Part shown: positions 17,595-26,936 of the stretch, piece after piece
Layout: every line of letters begins with the position of its first letter
Position numbering within the stretch: the stretch's first letter is position 1
From: Candidatus Poribacteria bacterium
Lineage (GTDB): Bacteria; Poribacteria; WGA-4E; WGA-3G
NCBI GenBank assembly: GCA_028820635.1
Contig: JAPPIG010000101.1
Coordinates: forward strand, 17,484-81,483
Direction of reading: 5' to 3'
Length of the DNA: 64,000 bases
The notes under the pieces: model-generated
Told to the model about the DNA's origin: nothing
Seen by the model: only the letters and a program-made list of their open reading frames with translations
The model's database searches: none
Translations under genes and position numbers: made by a program

Positions 17595-17856
17595 GTGATC
17601 CCTTGTAAAATGACTCCAATTTATTAATGACTAACTTTTGACATCGGATTACGAGTAGGTATACCGATAGGTTGGTTAAAATGCAATGTCGAATTGTGTT
17701 GTTTTCCAATTATACCATGAAAACCGTGTTAAGAAAAATAGAAACTAAAATTATTGTTTACAGCAGCGTCATTCAATTGTCAATATTATCCGTTTGAGTT
17801 TGAAGTAGCAATTTGTTGATGCTACTACCTCAATACGGAGATCACTACTACTCAAA

Positions 17857-17898
17857 ATATACCATACGGTATATTTTTTTATACCGTGGTATATTTTT
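17857..17898 (+). terminator. Tandem AT-rich hairpins with T-runs (orphan terminator-like)
   Basis: ATATACC-ATAC-GGTATAT followed by TTTTTT (17857-17880). Then ATACC-GT-GGTAT followed by ATTTTT (17881-17898). No annotated + strand gene lies upstream. Confidence 0.35.
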
Positions 17899-18254
17899 GA
17901 AAATTGCCATAAACTCAGTTCCTAACAGGGTTTAGAAAGGTTTTCTTATTAAGGTATTAATTTTAAATTTTGGACTTACGCAACTTTAACAATTTTTCAA
18001 TAATTATGGCGAAATTGGTATAATTTTCAGCAACATGCTTAGTTTCCATTGCGCTTCCAATTTGTTGGATTCTCTGCCGTTTTTTATTAAGTAATTCCAA
18101 CGTTTTCATACTGATATTATACCCTTGTTATAGGTGATGGTCAGCAGTTTTGTTGCTTGCCGGACAATAGATATCCAATATATTTACAATAAGTTTGCGG
18201 GAAAATAGTTTTCAGTTGGTAGGTGTACCAGCATTTGTCTGAATCAAGATTTAC

Positions 18255-18332
18255 GAATCAACGTCAAATGCGTTTTTGGCATTTGACGGGATTATACTAT
18301 TTCTAACGTGAGTTTGAAATAGTATAATCCCG
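18255..18332. repeat. AATCAACG...hairpin motif followed by a perfect 17-bp hairpin
   Basis: GTCAAATGC / GCATTTGAC 9-bp stem at 18263-18287. CGGGATTATACTATTTC / GAAATAGTATAATCCCG at 18287-18303 and 18316-18332, with loop TAACGTGAGTTT. Confidence 0.8.
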
Positions 18333-18512
18333 CAGCATTCTCCGTTATTTTTGGCAAAAACGGCACAACCTAACAGGTTATGCTACAAAAACAGTGCTTT
18401 TTTATGCATGAAAAGTGTTTAGAGCAAACTCACATTTTATTATCAAACTCATGTTAAATTAATGTGTATGGCATAAACGCACAGGACACCCTGCAAGAGC
18501 CCTTGTCTTAAA

Positions 18513-18635
18513 GACGCGCTTACAAAGCGCGCCTACTTTGTTTCAGGCGTTATGGGTATCACAACTAAACATGTCGGGTTTCGCAAGCTCTACCCGACCT
18601 ACAAGACTATATCGGGGTTGAAAACCCCTCCTACA
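18513..18635 (-). repeat. Three consecutive GTAGG-headed REP units of different sequence families
   Basis: The reverse complements read GTAGGCGCGCTTTGTAAGCGCGTC (18513-18536), TGTAGGTCGGGTAGAGCTTGCGAAACCCGACA (18572-18603) and TGTAGGAGGGGTTTTCAACCCCGA (18612-18635). Confidence 0.75.
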
Positions 18636-18688
18636 GAGTAGAGGAAAATGTAAGGTTTGGCACGCTCTATCGCATCGTAAAATAGCAG

Positions 18689-18717
18689 TTGACAACCCAA
18701 GCGCGTTGCGGTAGACT
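18689..18717 (+). promoter_or_regulatory. Sigma70-type promoter candidate for the 650-aa membrane protein gene
   Basis: TTGACA (18689-18694), a 17-nt spacer, then TAGACT (18712-18717), 38 nt upstream of the ATG at 18755. Confidence 0.4.
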
Positions 18718-18754
18718 ACATAAGAATAATACCCGTGAATTGATTCAAGACTAA

Positions 18755-20707
18755 ATGGAAATTCAAAAAGCCCCACTCTCGACGTCCTCGCAAATTCCTG
18801 CCCACGGGGTTACGCTCAAATCCATCCTAATTGCTGTTATTCTAATTCCAATAAATTGCTACTGGGTTATCGAAATGGAGGTTATCCGCTATTCTGGTCA
18901 CCCAGTCACGATTTCACTTTTTTTTAATGTTATTTTCAGTCTGTTTGTAGTTATCGGTGTTAACCAACTGCTGCAGCGTTTTCTGCCACGAATTGCGTTG
19001 GTCCAAAGCGAGTTGGTTGTTGTTTACCTGATGCTTTCCATTGCCTCAGGAATTACTGGGCACGATATGCTTGAAATTTTGGTGCCGATGCTTGGGCATG
19101 CTTTTCGCTTTGCAACGCCTGAAAATGAATGGCAACAACTGTTTTTACCTTTCCTTCCAGAATGGCTCACCGTCAGTAATAATAACTTGTTGCAAGGTTA
19201 TTATGAAGGTGACCTACCACTCTATACATTTGAAACCTTACTCGGTTGGGCAACACCTGTGTTGTGGTGGACAGTGTTTATTAGTGTGCTGATTTTCGGC
19301 ATGCTTTGCATTAATATTATTATCCGAAAACAGTGGATTGAGTATGAAAAACTAAGTTACCCGATTATCCACCTTCCTCTCCAACTTACAGAAACCCCTC
19401 ATAACCGTCTTTTCCAGAATAAGCTAATGTGGCTCGGTTTTTGTGTTGCTGGTGGCTTGGCATTATGGAACGGTATAAGTTTTCTATACCCCTTTTTCCC
19501 GGAGTTGCGTACCCGTATTCAGAGTTATCAGGTTTTTACAGAAAGCCCTTGGAACGCGATGGGCAGAATTCCTTTTTCGCTCTACCCATTTGCGATTGGA
19601 CTTGGTTTTTTTATTCCACTTGACCTCTCATTTTCTTGTTGGTTTTTCTTTTGGTATTGGCGGTTAATGCGTGTTGCGGGGGCAGCATTCGGATTTCGTA
19701 ACCTACCTCGTTTTCCCTATACCAACGAGCAAGCATCTGGCGGGTATCTTGCGTTGTGCGTTTTAGCTATATGGGCAAGTCGCAGACACCTACTTCGGGT
19801 AGGACGAGCACTCTTTAGTCAAAAGAAATCACAAGAAGATGAAAATGAAGCAATTTCTTATAGAGCCGCCGTTCTTGGACTCATTGCTGTAATGGTTTTC
19901 TTAGTGATTTTTTGCTACTATGGCGGTGCCAACATAGGCATCATGCTCGCGTTTTTCGCTATCTATTATATGATTTCTATTGCAATCACGCGTATGCGTG
20001 CTGAGTTGGGAACGCCCGTGCATGATTTGCACTATTCTGGTCCCGACCAAATTTTAACGCGGGTGGTCGGTACACGCAGGTTGGGCAGAGATAATCTCAT
20101 CATGTTTTCAATGTTTTGGTTCATCAATCGTGCATATCGAAGCCACCCGATGCCACATCAGTTAGAAGGGTTTAAAATTATAGAACGAACTAACATGACA
20201 ATGAAACGGATTATCTTTGCCTTTATGTTAGCCGCTGTGTTAGGGTCGTTAGCAGGTTTTTGGGCTTTAATTGACCGTGGCTATCAATTAGGAATGGAAG
20301 TTCGGGCATATTGGCCATCCTTGAGTGCATTTGGTATAGAACCCTACCGCCGTCTAACGGGCTGGCTTCAATCTCCTACTGATACGCTTATCCCAGAAAG
20401 TCTGTTTACAGGTATTGGTTTTCTACTGACAACTGTGCTAATGCTGTTTCGAATGCGTTTTGTGTGGTGGCCGTTTCATCCTGCTGGTTTTGCTATTTCT
20501 ACCAGTTGGGGCATGCATGTTACATGGGGTTGTCTTTTTATGAGTTGGGTAATTAAAGTGATTATTCTCAAATATGGTGGACCAGTGAGGTATAGAAAAG
20601 TAGCACCTTTCTTTTTAGGACTTATCCTTGGGGAGTTTACGGTAGGAAGTGTCTGGACAATTATAGGAATTGTTGGCGGTATTCCAACCTACGGATTCTG
20701 GGTTTAG
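18755..20707 (+). CDS. Large polytopic membrane protein of unknown function
   Basis: 650 aa with at least 12 hydrophobic segments and many Trp/Phe/Tyr-rich helices. I recognise no family motif. Confidence 0.6.
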   Translation: MEIQKAPLSTSSQIPAHGVTLKSILIAVILIPINCYWVIEMEVIRYSGHPVTISLFFNVIFSLFVVIGVNQLLQRFLPRIALVQSELVVVYLMLSIASGITGHDMLEILVPMLGHAFRFATPENEWQQLFLPFLPEWLTVSNNNLLQGYYEGDLPLYTFETLLGWATPVLWWTVFISVLIFGMLCINIIIRKQWIEYEKLSYPIIHLPLQLTETPHNRLFQNKLMWLGFCVAGGLALWNGISFLYPFFPELRTRIQSYQVFTESPWNAMGRIPFSLYPFAIGLGFFIPLDLSFSCWFFFWYWRLMRVAGAAFGFRNLPRFPYTNEQASGGYLALCVLAIWASRRHLLRVGRALFSQKKSQEDENEAISYRAAVLGLIAVMVFLVIFCYYGGANIGIMLAFFAIYYMISIAITRMRAELGTPVHDLHYSGPDQILTRVVGTRRLGRDNLIMFSMFWFINRAYRSHPMPHQLEGFKIIERTNMTMKRIIFAFMLAAVLGSLAGFWALIDRGYQLGMEVRAYWPSLSAFGIEPYRRLTGWLQSPTDTLIPESLFTGIGFLLTTVLMLFRMRFVWWPFHPAGFAISTSWGMHVTWGCLFMSWVIKVIILKYGGPVRYRKVAPFFLGLILGEFTVGSVWTIIGIVGGIPTYGFWV

Positions 20708-23427
20708 GTTCTATCTTTGCGTGGATTTATCGCCAAATTTAATGGTAGCAATAGCAAAATTAGACTACATAAAGATGTTATTATCCATTCCTGCTGAAGC
20801 GGGACGATTTTCAATACGTCCTGCATAGGTCCAATGTACATCGCTGATACGTGAATTCCGATAACAATAACAAAAATAATAAATAAACGTATGTTGGTGA
20901 ACATTCTTTTAAAGAGAGATTCCCATGGATATCGTGTACATTGGAAATAAACCGCCACCTGCGCAAAAATCAAAGTAGTGCAAGCTGCTGTCTGTGCCAC
21001 TTCAATATTAGATTCAGTTCCAGAAGATGTTACCACCAAAAAATGAGTTATTGTCATTAGACTGATAACAAGACTTCGGCAAACAATATCAAGTACGGCA
21101 GTTTTTGGAAACATCATAGTTGCTCTACCAGGGTGATACTGCTTTTCATTGACGGATATTTTTTCATAACCTAATCCGATTGTAGGAAGCAAAGTTGTCA
21201 AAAATTGGGTCCAAACCACTTGTGTTAGTGTTAGCGGCAACTCAAACGTGAAAGCTGTATGTAGAATTAATCCAAAAATAACAGTGAAAAATTGTGCCAG
21301 TGTGCAGGAAAGACACCACCGAAGTGTGCCAGAAAGGTTGTGATATGCTTCTCGCGCATAGAGCAGGCAGTCTTTGACTGCCTTAAAACCTTTTTCGATT
21401 ATCAGGCAGTCCGCGTGGTCTTGGGCGAAATGTGAAGCGTACCTCGCATCTGCAAATGCAAGGTCTGCAGTAATCATGGCTCTTTGATCGTTAGCATTTT
21501 GACCTAAAAAACCTACAGAATGATTATGGCGTTTCAAACTGAGAACAATATTCCTGCGTTGTTCTTGTGTCGGTTGTGAATAAGCATTCCAATTTAAAAT
21601 CTCTTTGTCAAACTCTTGTGTAGATAGTTGCCTCAGTTCTTCTCTTGTTCCGACGGCGTTGCGGGTATGGACGAGCCCTAACTCTCTGGCTAAATCGGTT
21701 GTTGCTTGTTCATCGCTTTCACTCATTAGAATGACCTTTATGCCAGTGTCCATGAATGATTTTATCACTTCTTTTGTTTCGTCGTTATCAGTTACAGAAA
21801 AACTTATGAATCCTAAAAAGGTTGATATTTCCTGAACTTCTGGCGGGGTTAGCGGCACCTCGGAATTTAGTGATGCTACGCCATAGACCGTATCCCGCGG
21901 GTTTTGCATATAATTAAGAATTTCATTGCACATCTCGTACTGTTCATAGTGAAATTCACTTACTTCCCCGTTTACAAGTATCGAATTACATGCCTCAAGC
22001 ACGTTCCGTGCATCGCCAAAAATAATATTTAGGTACTCGTTTTCACCTGATTCAAACACGTGAAGTTCATATCCAAAGTTTGGTGTCCATGGGTATTCTG
22101 AAACAAGATGCATATTAGCTTTAAGATCAGCCAATTTATACCCGAGTTGTTCCATTGTATCTTGAATAACGAGTTGATGTGCATGATCAATACCTGTTCT
22201 ATCGTAATATCGCTCGCCAGAAGTACCTAAACCCGCAGTCAACACAAGACCAGGTGCACCTTGTGGAATTTGGAACCTTGGTGGAATATTGCTGATTCGT
22301 TTATTCTTTTCTTCGGATGATTGGGATTTCAGGGAATTTAACCAATTTTCCCATTCTGAACGGTTCACCATTTTTTGGTCAACAAAAATACTGGAAATAG
22401 TAAGAGATTTTGTGCTCGCGATGCCCTTTTCATCAGAACAAAAGGCTGTAAGACGATTCAATTTCTCAAGGAAATGTCTTTCCCTGAGTGCTATACCTTT
22501 TTTTAGCACAGCAGAGACTCTCTGGTCAAGAATGGAGTGTAATAACAACACTAAGTCATGCGGCGTTGCGGCAATTGCAAAAATTAGACCGAATTGAACA
22601 AACTCTATCCAATTTGGGTCACTCTGTGGCGATTTTTGCCACCAGAGAATAGCGACTGCAATGCCTCCTAAAACCAAACCAGATACTTTTAGAATATCAT
22701 TGAAAAATTTTATTTGATTTTCTGCGACCGTCATCTCATTCGGTAGTTCGCGTGTGCTTCCACGGTTCTGATGCATTTCTAATTCATTGCCCGTTCTAAC
22801 GACAACCGCATTGCCTGTTCCGGCATCAACGTACGTCCCACCGAAAACCATGTTTGTCTGTTTTTCCGGCGGGAGTCCCGATTCAGCTATTTCTTTGAAG
22901 GTTTTTGCGGCGGAGCCGCTACTCCCGAATAGAGCAGATTCGTTAACTTTTAACCCGTCTGATTGCACTATACGCGCATCCGCAGGGATGTAATCGCCGG
23001 GTCTAAGGAGAAGCAAGTCACCCGGAACAATATCGGAAGGCGAGCATTTTTCTTGCGTGCCTTGACGCATTACTGTAACGGTAATGTTGAATTGTGCTTT
23101 TCGCTGCTTGTGTTTACGTCTAAAACTTATAACGACAATGATTGCCCAAAAGAAGGACAGAATCAATATCCCGCCGATAAGTCCAATTTTCGGAATATCA
23201 GGGGTAAATGCGAAAACTGTTGCGGCAAGTACTAAAAGCAGCAATCTCCAATTAAGCACTTGCTCGAAAAACAAACCAATTTGCGAAGTATCTATCTTGG
23301 AATTCGGCTCATTTTTACCATGGATTTCCTTTCGCCTTTCTACATCAGCGTGGCTCAAGCCGTATTCAAGGTCGGTTTTGAATTGGTTTAGCAGAAAAGA
23401 GACACTTTCTGCATAAAAATTAGACAT
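20704..23427 (-). CDS. P-type ATPase-like membrane protein with degenerate catalytic motifs
   Basis: It has a Cation_ATPase_N-like start (LEYGLSHADVERRKEIHGKNE) and the overall P2-type layout. However DKTGT reads DEKGI (22420-22434), TGES reads FGSS, KGAPE reads GDARN, MITGD reads MSESD and TGDGVNDAPAL reads LGQNANDQRAM. Confidence 0.7.
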   Translation of the reverse strand: MSNFYAESVSFLLNQFKTDLEYGLSHADVERRKEIHGKNEPNSKIDTSQIGLFFEQVLNWRLLLLVLAATVFAFTPDIPKIGLIGGILILSFFWAIIVVISFRRKHKQRKAQFNITVTVMRQGTQEKCSPSDIVPGDLLLLRPGDYIPADARIVQSDGLKVNESALFGSSGSAAKTFKEIAESGLPPEKQTNMVFGGTYVDAGTGNAVVVRTGNELEMHQNRGSTRELPNEMTVAENQIKFFNDILKVSGLVLGGIAVAILWWQKSPQSDPNWIEFVQFGLIFAIAATPHDLVLLLHSILDQRVSAVLKKGIALRERHFLEKLNRLTAFCSDEKGIASTKSLTISSIFVDQKMVNRSEWENWLNSLKSQSSEEKNKRISNIPPRFQIPQGAPGLVLTAGLGTSGERYYDRTGIDHAHQLVIQDTMEQLGYKLADLKANMHLVSEYPWTPNFGYELHVFESGENEYLNIIFGDARNVLEACNSILVNGEVSEFHYEQYEMCNEILNYMQNPRDTVYGVASLNSEVPLTPPEVQEISTFLGFISFSVTDNDETKEVIKSFMDTGIKVILMSESDEQATTDLARELGLVHTRNAVGTREELRQLSTQEFDKEILNWNAYSQPTQEQRRNIVLSLKRHNHSVGFLGQNANDQRAMITADLAFADARYASHFAQDHADCLIIEKGFKAVKDCLLYAREAYHNLSGTLRWCLSCTLAQFFTVIFGLILHTAFTFELPLTLTQVVWTQFLTTLLPTIGLGYEKISVNEKQYHPGRATMMFPKTAVLDIVCRSLVISLMTITHFLVVTSSGTESNIEVAQTAACTTLIFAQVAVYFQCTRYPWESLFKRMFTNIRLFIIFVIVIGIHVSAMYIGPMQDVLKIVPLQQEWIITSLCSLILLLLPLNLAINPRKDRT

Positions 23428-23478
23428 CGTTTTTCCTAACGTTTTACCTTCTGACAGAAATCACCATAGGTCGTATAA

Positions 23479-24405
23479 TTATAGATTTTTACCTTCGTTT
23501 TTCCAGACTTTTGCACCTTCCAGATCAGTGCTAAGCACTTGGATTTCGCATGGAATATTATGTTGTTTAAAGACATTCTGCATCCGATTTCCAATCTCGT
23601 CCATGTTATTTAAACAGTATGCTGCGATGGTTGGTCCCGCACCACTTAATGCGATGCTAAGCGCTCCTGCATCTATCGCAGCTTCTACCACGTCATCAAA
23701 TCCAGGAATTAGACTGCTGCGATAAGGTTGATGTAACTTATCCTTCATTGCTGCTGATAACATTTCCAATTTTCCGGTGGCAATACAAGCAACTAATAAG
23801 GAACTTCTACTAATATTATAGATTGCATCAGTGAAATTAACGGTTTTGGGTAGAATGTCTCTCGCTTTCTGTGTTGACAATGTAAATTCTGGAATGGCGA
23901 GTACAACATGAAGAGTAGGATCACATGTTAGCCGTATTGTATGGACGTGTTTGCCTTCTTGCACCGAAATGACCATGCCCCCATATAAAGAAGCAGCGAC
24001 ATTATCGGGGTGTCCCTCTATGTCTGTTGCAAAATTGAGCAGTTCCGAATCAGAGAATGGATGACCACACAGTACGTTTGCTGTCAGTAATCCTCCAAGA
24101 ATTGCTGTTCCGCTTCCCCCTAACCCGCGAATCGCAGGAATACCGTTAGTAATGCTTAATTTTAAACCCTTGGGCTGTCGCACGCCGCTCCGTTGGAAAA
24201 CAGATTCTACGGCTTGAAATGCGATATGTTCAGGAGTGCTTGGAATCTTATCAATATCTATCCCGCTGATTACAACTTCTGTTCGGTTCCCAGTAATTTC
24301 TAATGTTACGGTGCTGTAAAGTTGCAAAGCAAGACCCAACGTATCAAACCCAGGACCCAGGTTTGTAGTGCTTGCGGGGATACGCGCGCTAATTTTTTGA
24401 GACAT
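23479..24405 (-). CDS. thrB: Homoserine kinase
   Basis: PASTTNLGPGFD, the GHMP-kinase motif GLGGSGTAI; 308 aa. Confidence 0.9.
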   Translation of the reverse strand: MSQKISARIPASTTNLGPGFDTLGLALQLYSTVTLEITGNRTEVVISGIDIDKIPSTPEHIAFQAVESVFQRSGVRQPKGLKLSITNGIPAIRGLGGSGTAILGGLLTANVLCGHPFSDSELLNFATDIEGHPDNVAASLYGGMVISVQEGKHVHTIRLTCDPTLHVVLAIPEFTLSTQKARDILPKTVNFTDAIYNISRSSLLVACIATGKLEMLSAAMKDKLHQPYRSSLIPGFDDVVEAAIDAGALSIALSGAGPTIAAYCLNNMDEIGNRMQNVFKQHNIPCEIQVLSTDLEGAKVWKNEGKNL

Positions 24406-24428
24406 ACTAAAAATTTCCCAACTTAGCT

Positions 24429-25601
24429 CTATAACTTTGCAATTGCAGTTTCAATTCGGTGTAATGCCTTTTCAATGTTTTCCAATGAATTCGCATACGA
24501 AAGTCGCAGATACCCATCCCCATATTTACCAAAAGCTGTACCCGGTAGTAAGGCAACTCCTGCCTCATCCATTAAGTAATCTGCAAGCGTTTCACAGGAA
24601 AGAGGAAGTTTTGTGACATTCGGAAAAACGTAGAACGAACCGAGCGGTTTGATACAACTAATCCCGTCAATAGCATTTAAACCCTCAACAATTGCATCGC
24701 GTCGTTTCCGAAATTCCGTAACCATTTGGGTGACAAATGTTTGAGGTCCAGTTAACGCTTCTATTCCAGCAATTTGTGTGAAGGTTGCGGTGCAGGAATT
24801 TGAGTTAATTGTCAGCTGAGTGATCTTATCTGCAATCGGGCGTGGAGCAACACCATATCCAAGCCGCCAACCGGTCATAGCGTAAGTTTTTGAATGTCCT
24901 TCAATCAGAATAGTCTGGTCTTTCATACCAGGGAGGCTCAGAATACTCTGATGGGTGCCCTCGTAAAGGAGGCGTGAATAGACTTCATCAGTTAGGATAT
25001 AAAAGTTATGTTCTTGGGCGAGTTTCGCTATTGCAGCAATGTCTTCTGCTGTGAGGATTCCACCAGTCGGGTTCTGCGGTGAATTTAGTATCAAAAGTTT
25101 TGTGCGTTCAGTGATTGCATCAACCAAATCTTCTATTCGGAAACGAAAATCAACCTCTTCCCGAAGTGCAAGCGGGACTGCTTTTCCACCGATAAAATCA
25201 ATGACCGATTCGTAGACAGGGAAGCCAGGTTCTGGATAGATTACCTCATCGCCTTCATCAATTAATGCTAAAATTGTGAAAAAGATAATCGGCTTTGCAC
25301 CCGGTGTAACGGTTACTTCATCTGGATGAATTTCCACACCGCGCGTCTCAGAAATGTGCTGGGCAACGACTTCTCTAAATTCGGGTATTCCTGCTGATGG
25401 GCAATAACCGGTATGCCCATCTTTCATTGCCTTGAATGCAGCTTCACAAACATTCATCGGCGTAGAAAAATCTGGTTGACCTATTTCTAAATGAATTATA
25501 TCTTTGCCTTGTGCTTCTAAACTTTTAGCTTTGGCTAATACCTCAAACGCAGATTCTGTCCCCAAGCGACTCATCCGCTTGGCGAATGTAGGGCTTCCCA
25601 A
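24429..25601 (-). CDS. Class I pyridoxal-phosphate-dependent (aspartate-type) aminotransferase
   Basis: NSPQNPTGG and the SKTYAMTGWRLGY Lys motif. TTG start 5 nt after AAGGAGGG. Confidence 0.85.
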   Translation of the reverse strand: MGSPTFAKRMSRLGTESAFEVLAKAKSLEAQGKDIIHLEIGQPDFSTPMNVCEAAFKAMKDGHTGYCPSAGIPEFREVVAQHISETRGVEIHPDEVTVTPGAKPIIFFTILALIDEGDEVIYPEPGFPVYESVIDFIGGKAVPLALREEVDFRFRIEDLVDAITERTKLLILNSPQNPTGGILTAEDIAAIAKLAQEHNFYILTDEVYSRLLYEGTHQSILSLPGMKDQTILIEGHSKTYAMTGWRLGYGVAPRPIADKITQLTINSNSCTATFTQIAGIEALTGPQTFVTQMVTEFRKRRDAIVEGLNAIDGISCIKPLGSFYVFPNVTKLPLSCETLADYLMDEAGVALLPGTAFGKYGDGYLRLSYANSLENIEKALHRIETAIAKL

Positions 25602-25712
25602 AATTTCCCTCCTTTATATCTAACAACGAATTCATATTCGCGAGTTTGCCCTAATTGATTCTATAGTTACAAACATCTTTGAACAGTTATATATTCCATG
25701 TGTACTTGGTGG

Positions 25713-26765
25713 TTATTTTGACTTTAAGATTAAACCGGTTGACCCTACTAACCAAGCAGTGTCTTTATCAAGTACAAATACATTCATCATTTTAATTTTT
25801 TGAATTTCTTCAGCCATTTCTTCAATTTCCCATTTTTTCCCGCCATTATTGGTGCTGAGAATAATACCTACTCCGAAATCGCCTCCTACTGCCCATCCAG
25901 TATGTTTATCTGCAAATTGGACGCTTCGGAGAGTCTCTGTGGTGCCGCTTTTCTGTTCTTCCCATTTTTTTCCACCGTTGGTTGTGTGGAGAATGACACC
26001 GTTTTCACCAACTGCCCAACCTACTGAAGCATCAAGGAAAAATATATCTTCAAGAATATCCTCTTTTCCTGTTTCTTGCATTTCCCACGTCATAGATCCA
26101 TCTGTGGTTTTCTGAATAACGGTCTTTTGTGCCTTATCAGCAGGAAAAACGCGTACTCCGGCTATCCATCCAGTGTTTTCGTCAAGAAACTGAATCGCAT
26201 TGAACATACTTGTTTCATCATCACCTACGTTTCCAACTTTTCCGCCTTGTAAGGTTTCCCAATGCCTTCCACCATTTTTCGTTGAAATAATAGTATCATT
26301 CTGACCTACAGCGTACCCAACGTCTTTGTTAATGAAATAGACAGCTTTAAGTGCCGTATTCAATTCAAGGACTTTGTCCACCTTACATACTTGACGTTCC
26401 CAGTCTCTACCGTTATTAGTGCTAACAATTATTCCATCTGCTCCGACTGCCCAACCATGATTAGCATCTAAAAAATAGATTCCATGTAGGTCTGACTTAA
26501 GTTTAATTTCTGATTTTTCCCAAGTTGCCCCACCATTTTTTGTGTATCCAATAAAGCCGGGGTTTTCAAAATCTTCAAAAGCTGCTGAGCCGACAACCCA
26601 TCCGGTTTTTGCTCCTGTAAATGTAATAGACATATAATCGCGGATGTCTGGGTCGCTTTTCTGTAATATAACCCATCCCGCTGCTGGTAAGGTAAATGCT
26701 AAAGTGCAAATGATTGAGAATCTGATGATTTTAGATAAATGTAGTGATGATTTTAATCTGTTCAT
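25713..26765 (-). CDS. Ycf48/BNR-repeat beta-propeller protein (secreted or membrane-anchored)
   Basis: N-terminal hydrophobic anchor. Repeated T.NGG..WE blades (TKNGGATWE, TNNGRDWE, TKNGGRHWE, TTDGSMTWE, TTNGGKKWE, TNNGGKKWE). Confidence 0.7.
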   Translation of the reverse strand: MNRLKSSLHLSKIIRFSIICTLAFTLPAAGWVILQKSDPDIRDYMSITFTGAKTGWVVGSAAFEDFENPGFIGYTKNGGATWEKSEIKLKSDLHGIYFLDANHGWAVGADGIIVSTNNGRDWERQVCKVDKVLELNTALKAVYFINKDVGYAVGQNDTIISTKNGGRHWETLQGGKVGNVGDDETSMFNAIQFLDENTGWIAGVRVFPADKAQKTVIQKTTDGSMTWEMQETGKEDILEDIFFLDASVGWAVGENGVILHTTNGGKKWEEQKSGTTETLRSVQFADKHTGWAVGGDFGVGIILSTNNGGKKWEIEEMAEEIQKIKMMNVFVLDKDTAWLVGSTGLILKSK

Positions 26766-26936
26766 GATAGCTCCTTTAATATTTTATTTCTTCTGAGAAG
26801 AGTCTAATTAATAGTATACATACGTAACTACTATTAAGTCAATATTCTAAATTTTCTTTTCAAGGTTATTTGGTTTTCTATATTTCTGAGACATTTTTAT
26901 ACACCAAGTCTAAATCGGTATAATATTGATGCGGTA

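Noticed and set aside
17681-17794. 37-codon + strand ORF (MQCRIVLFSNYTMKTVLRKIETKIIVYSSVIQLSILSV) upstream of the orphan terminator-like hairpins.
   Set aside because: It has no Shine-Dalgarno, its composition is implausible, and it is too short to evaluate. If the region is transcribed, an sRNA is more likely.
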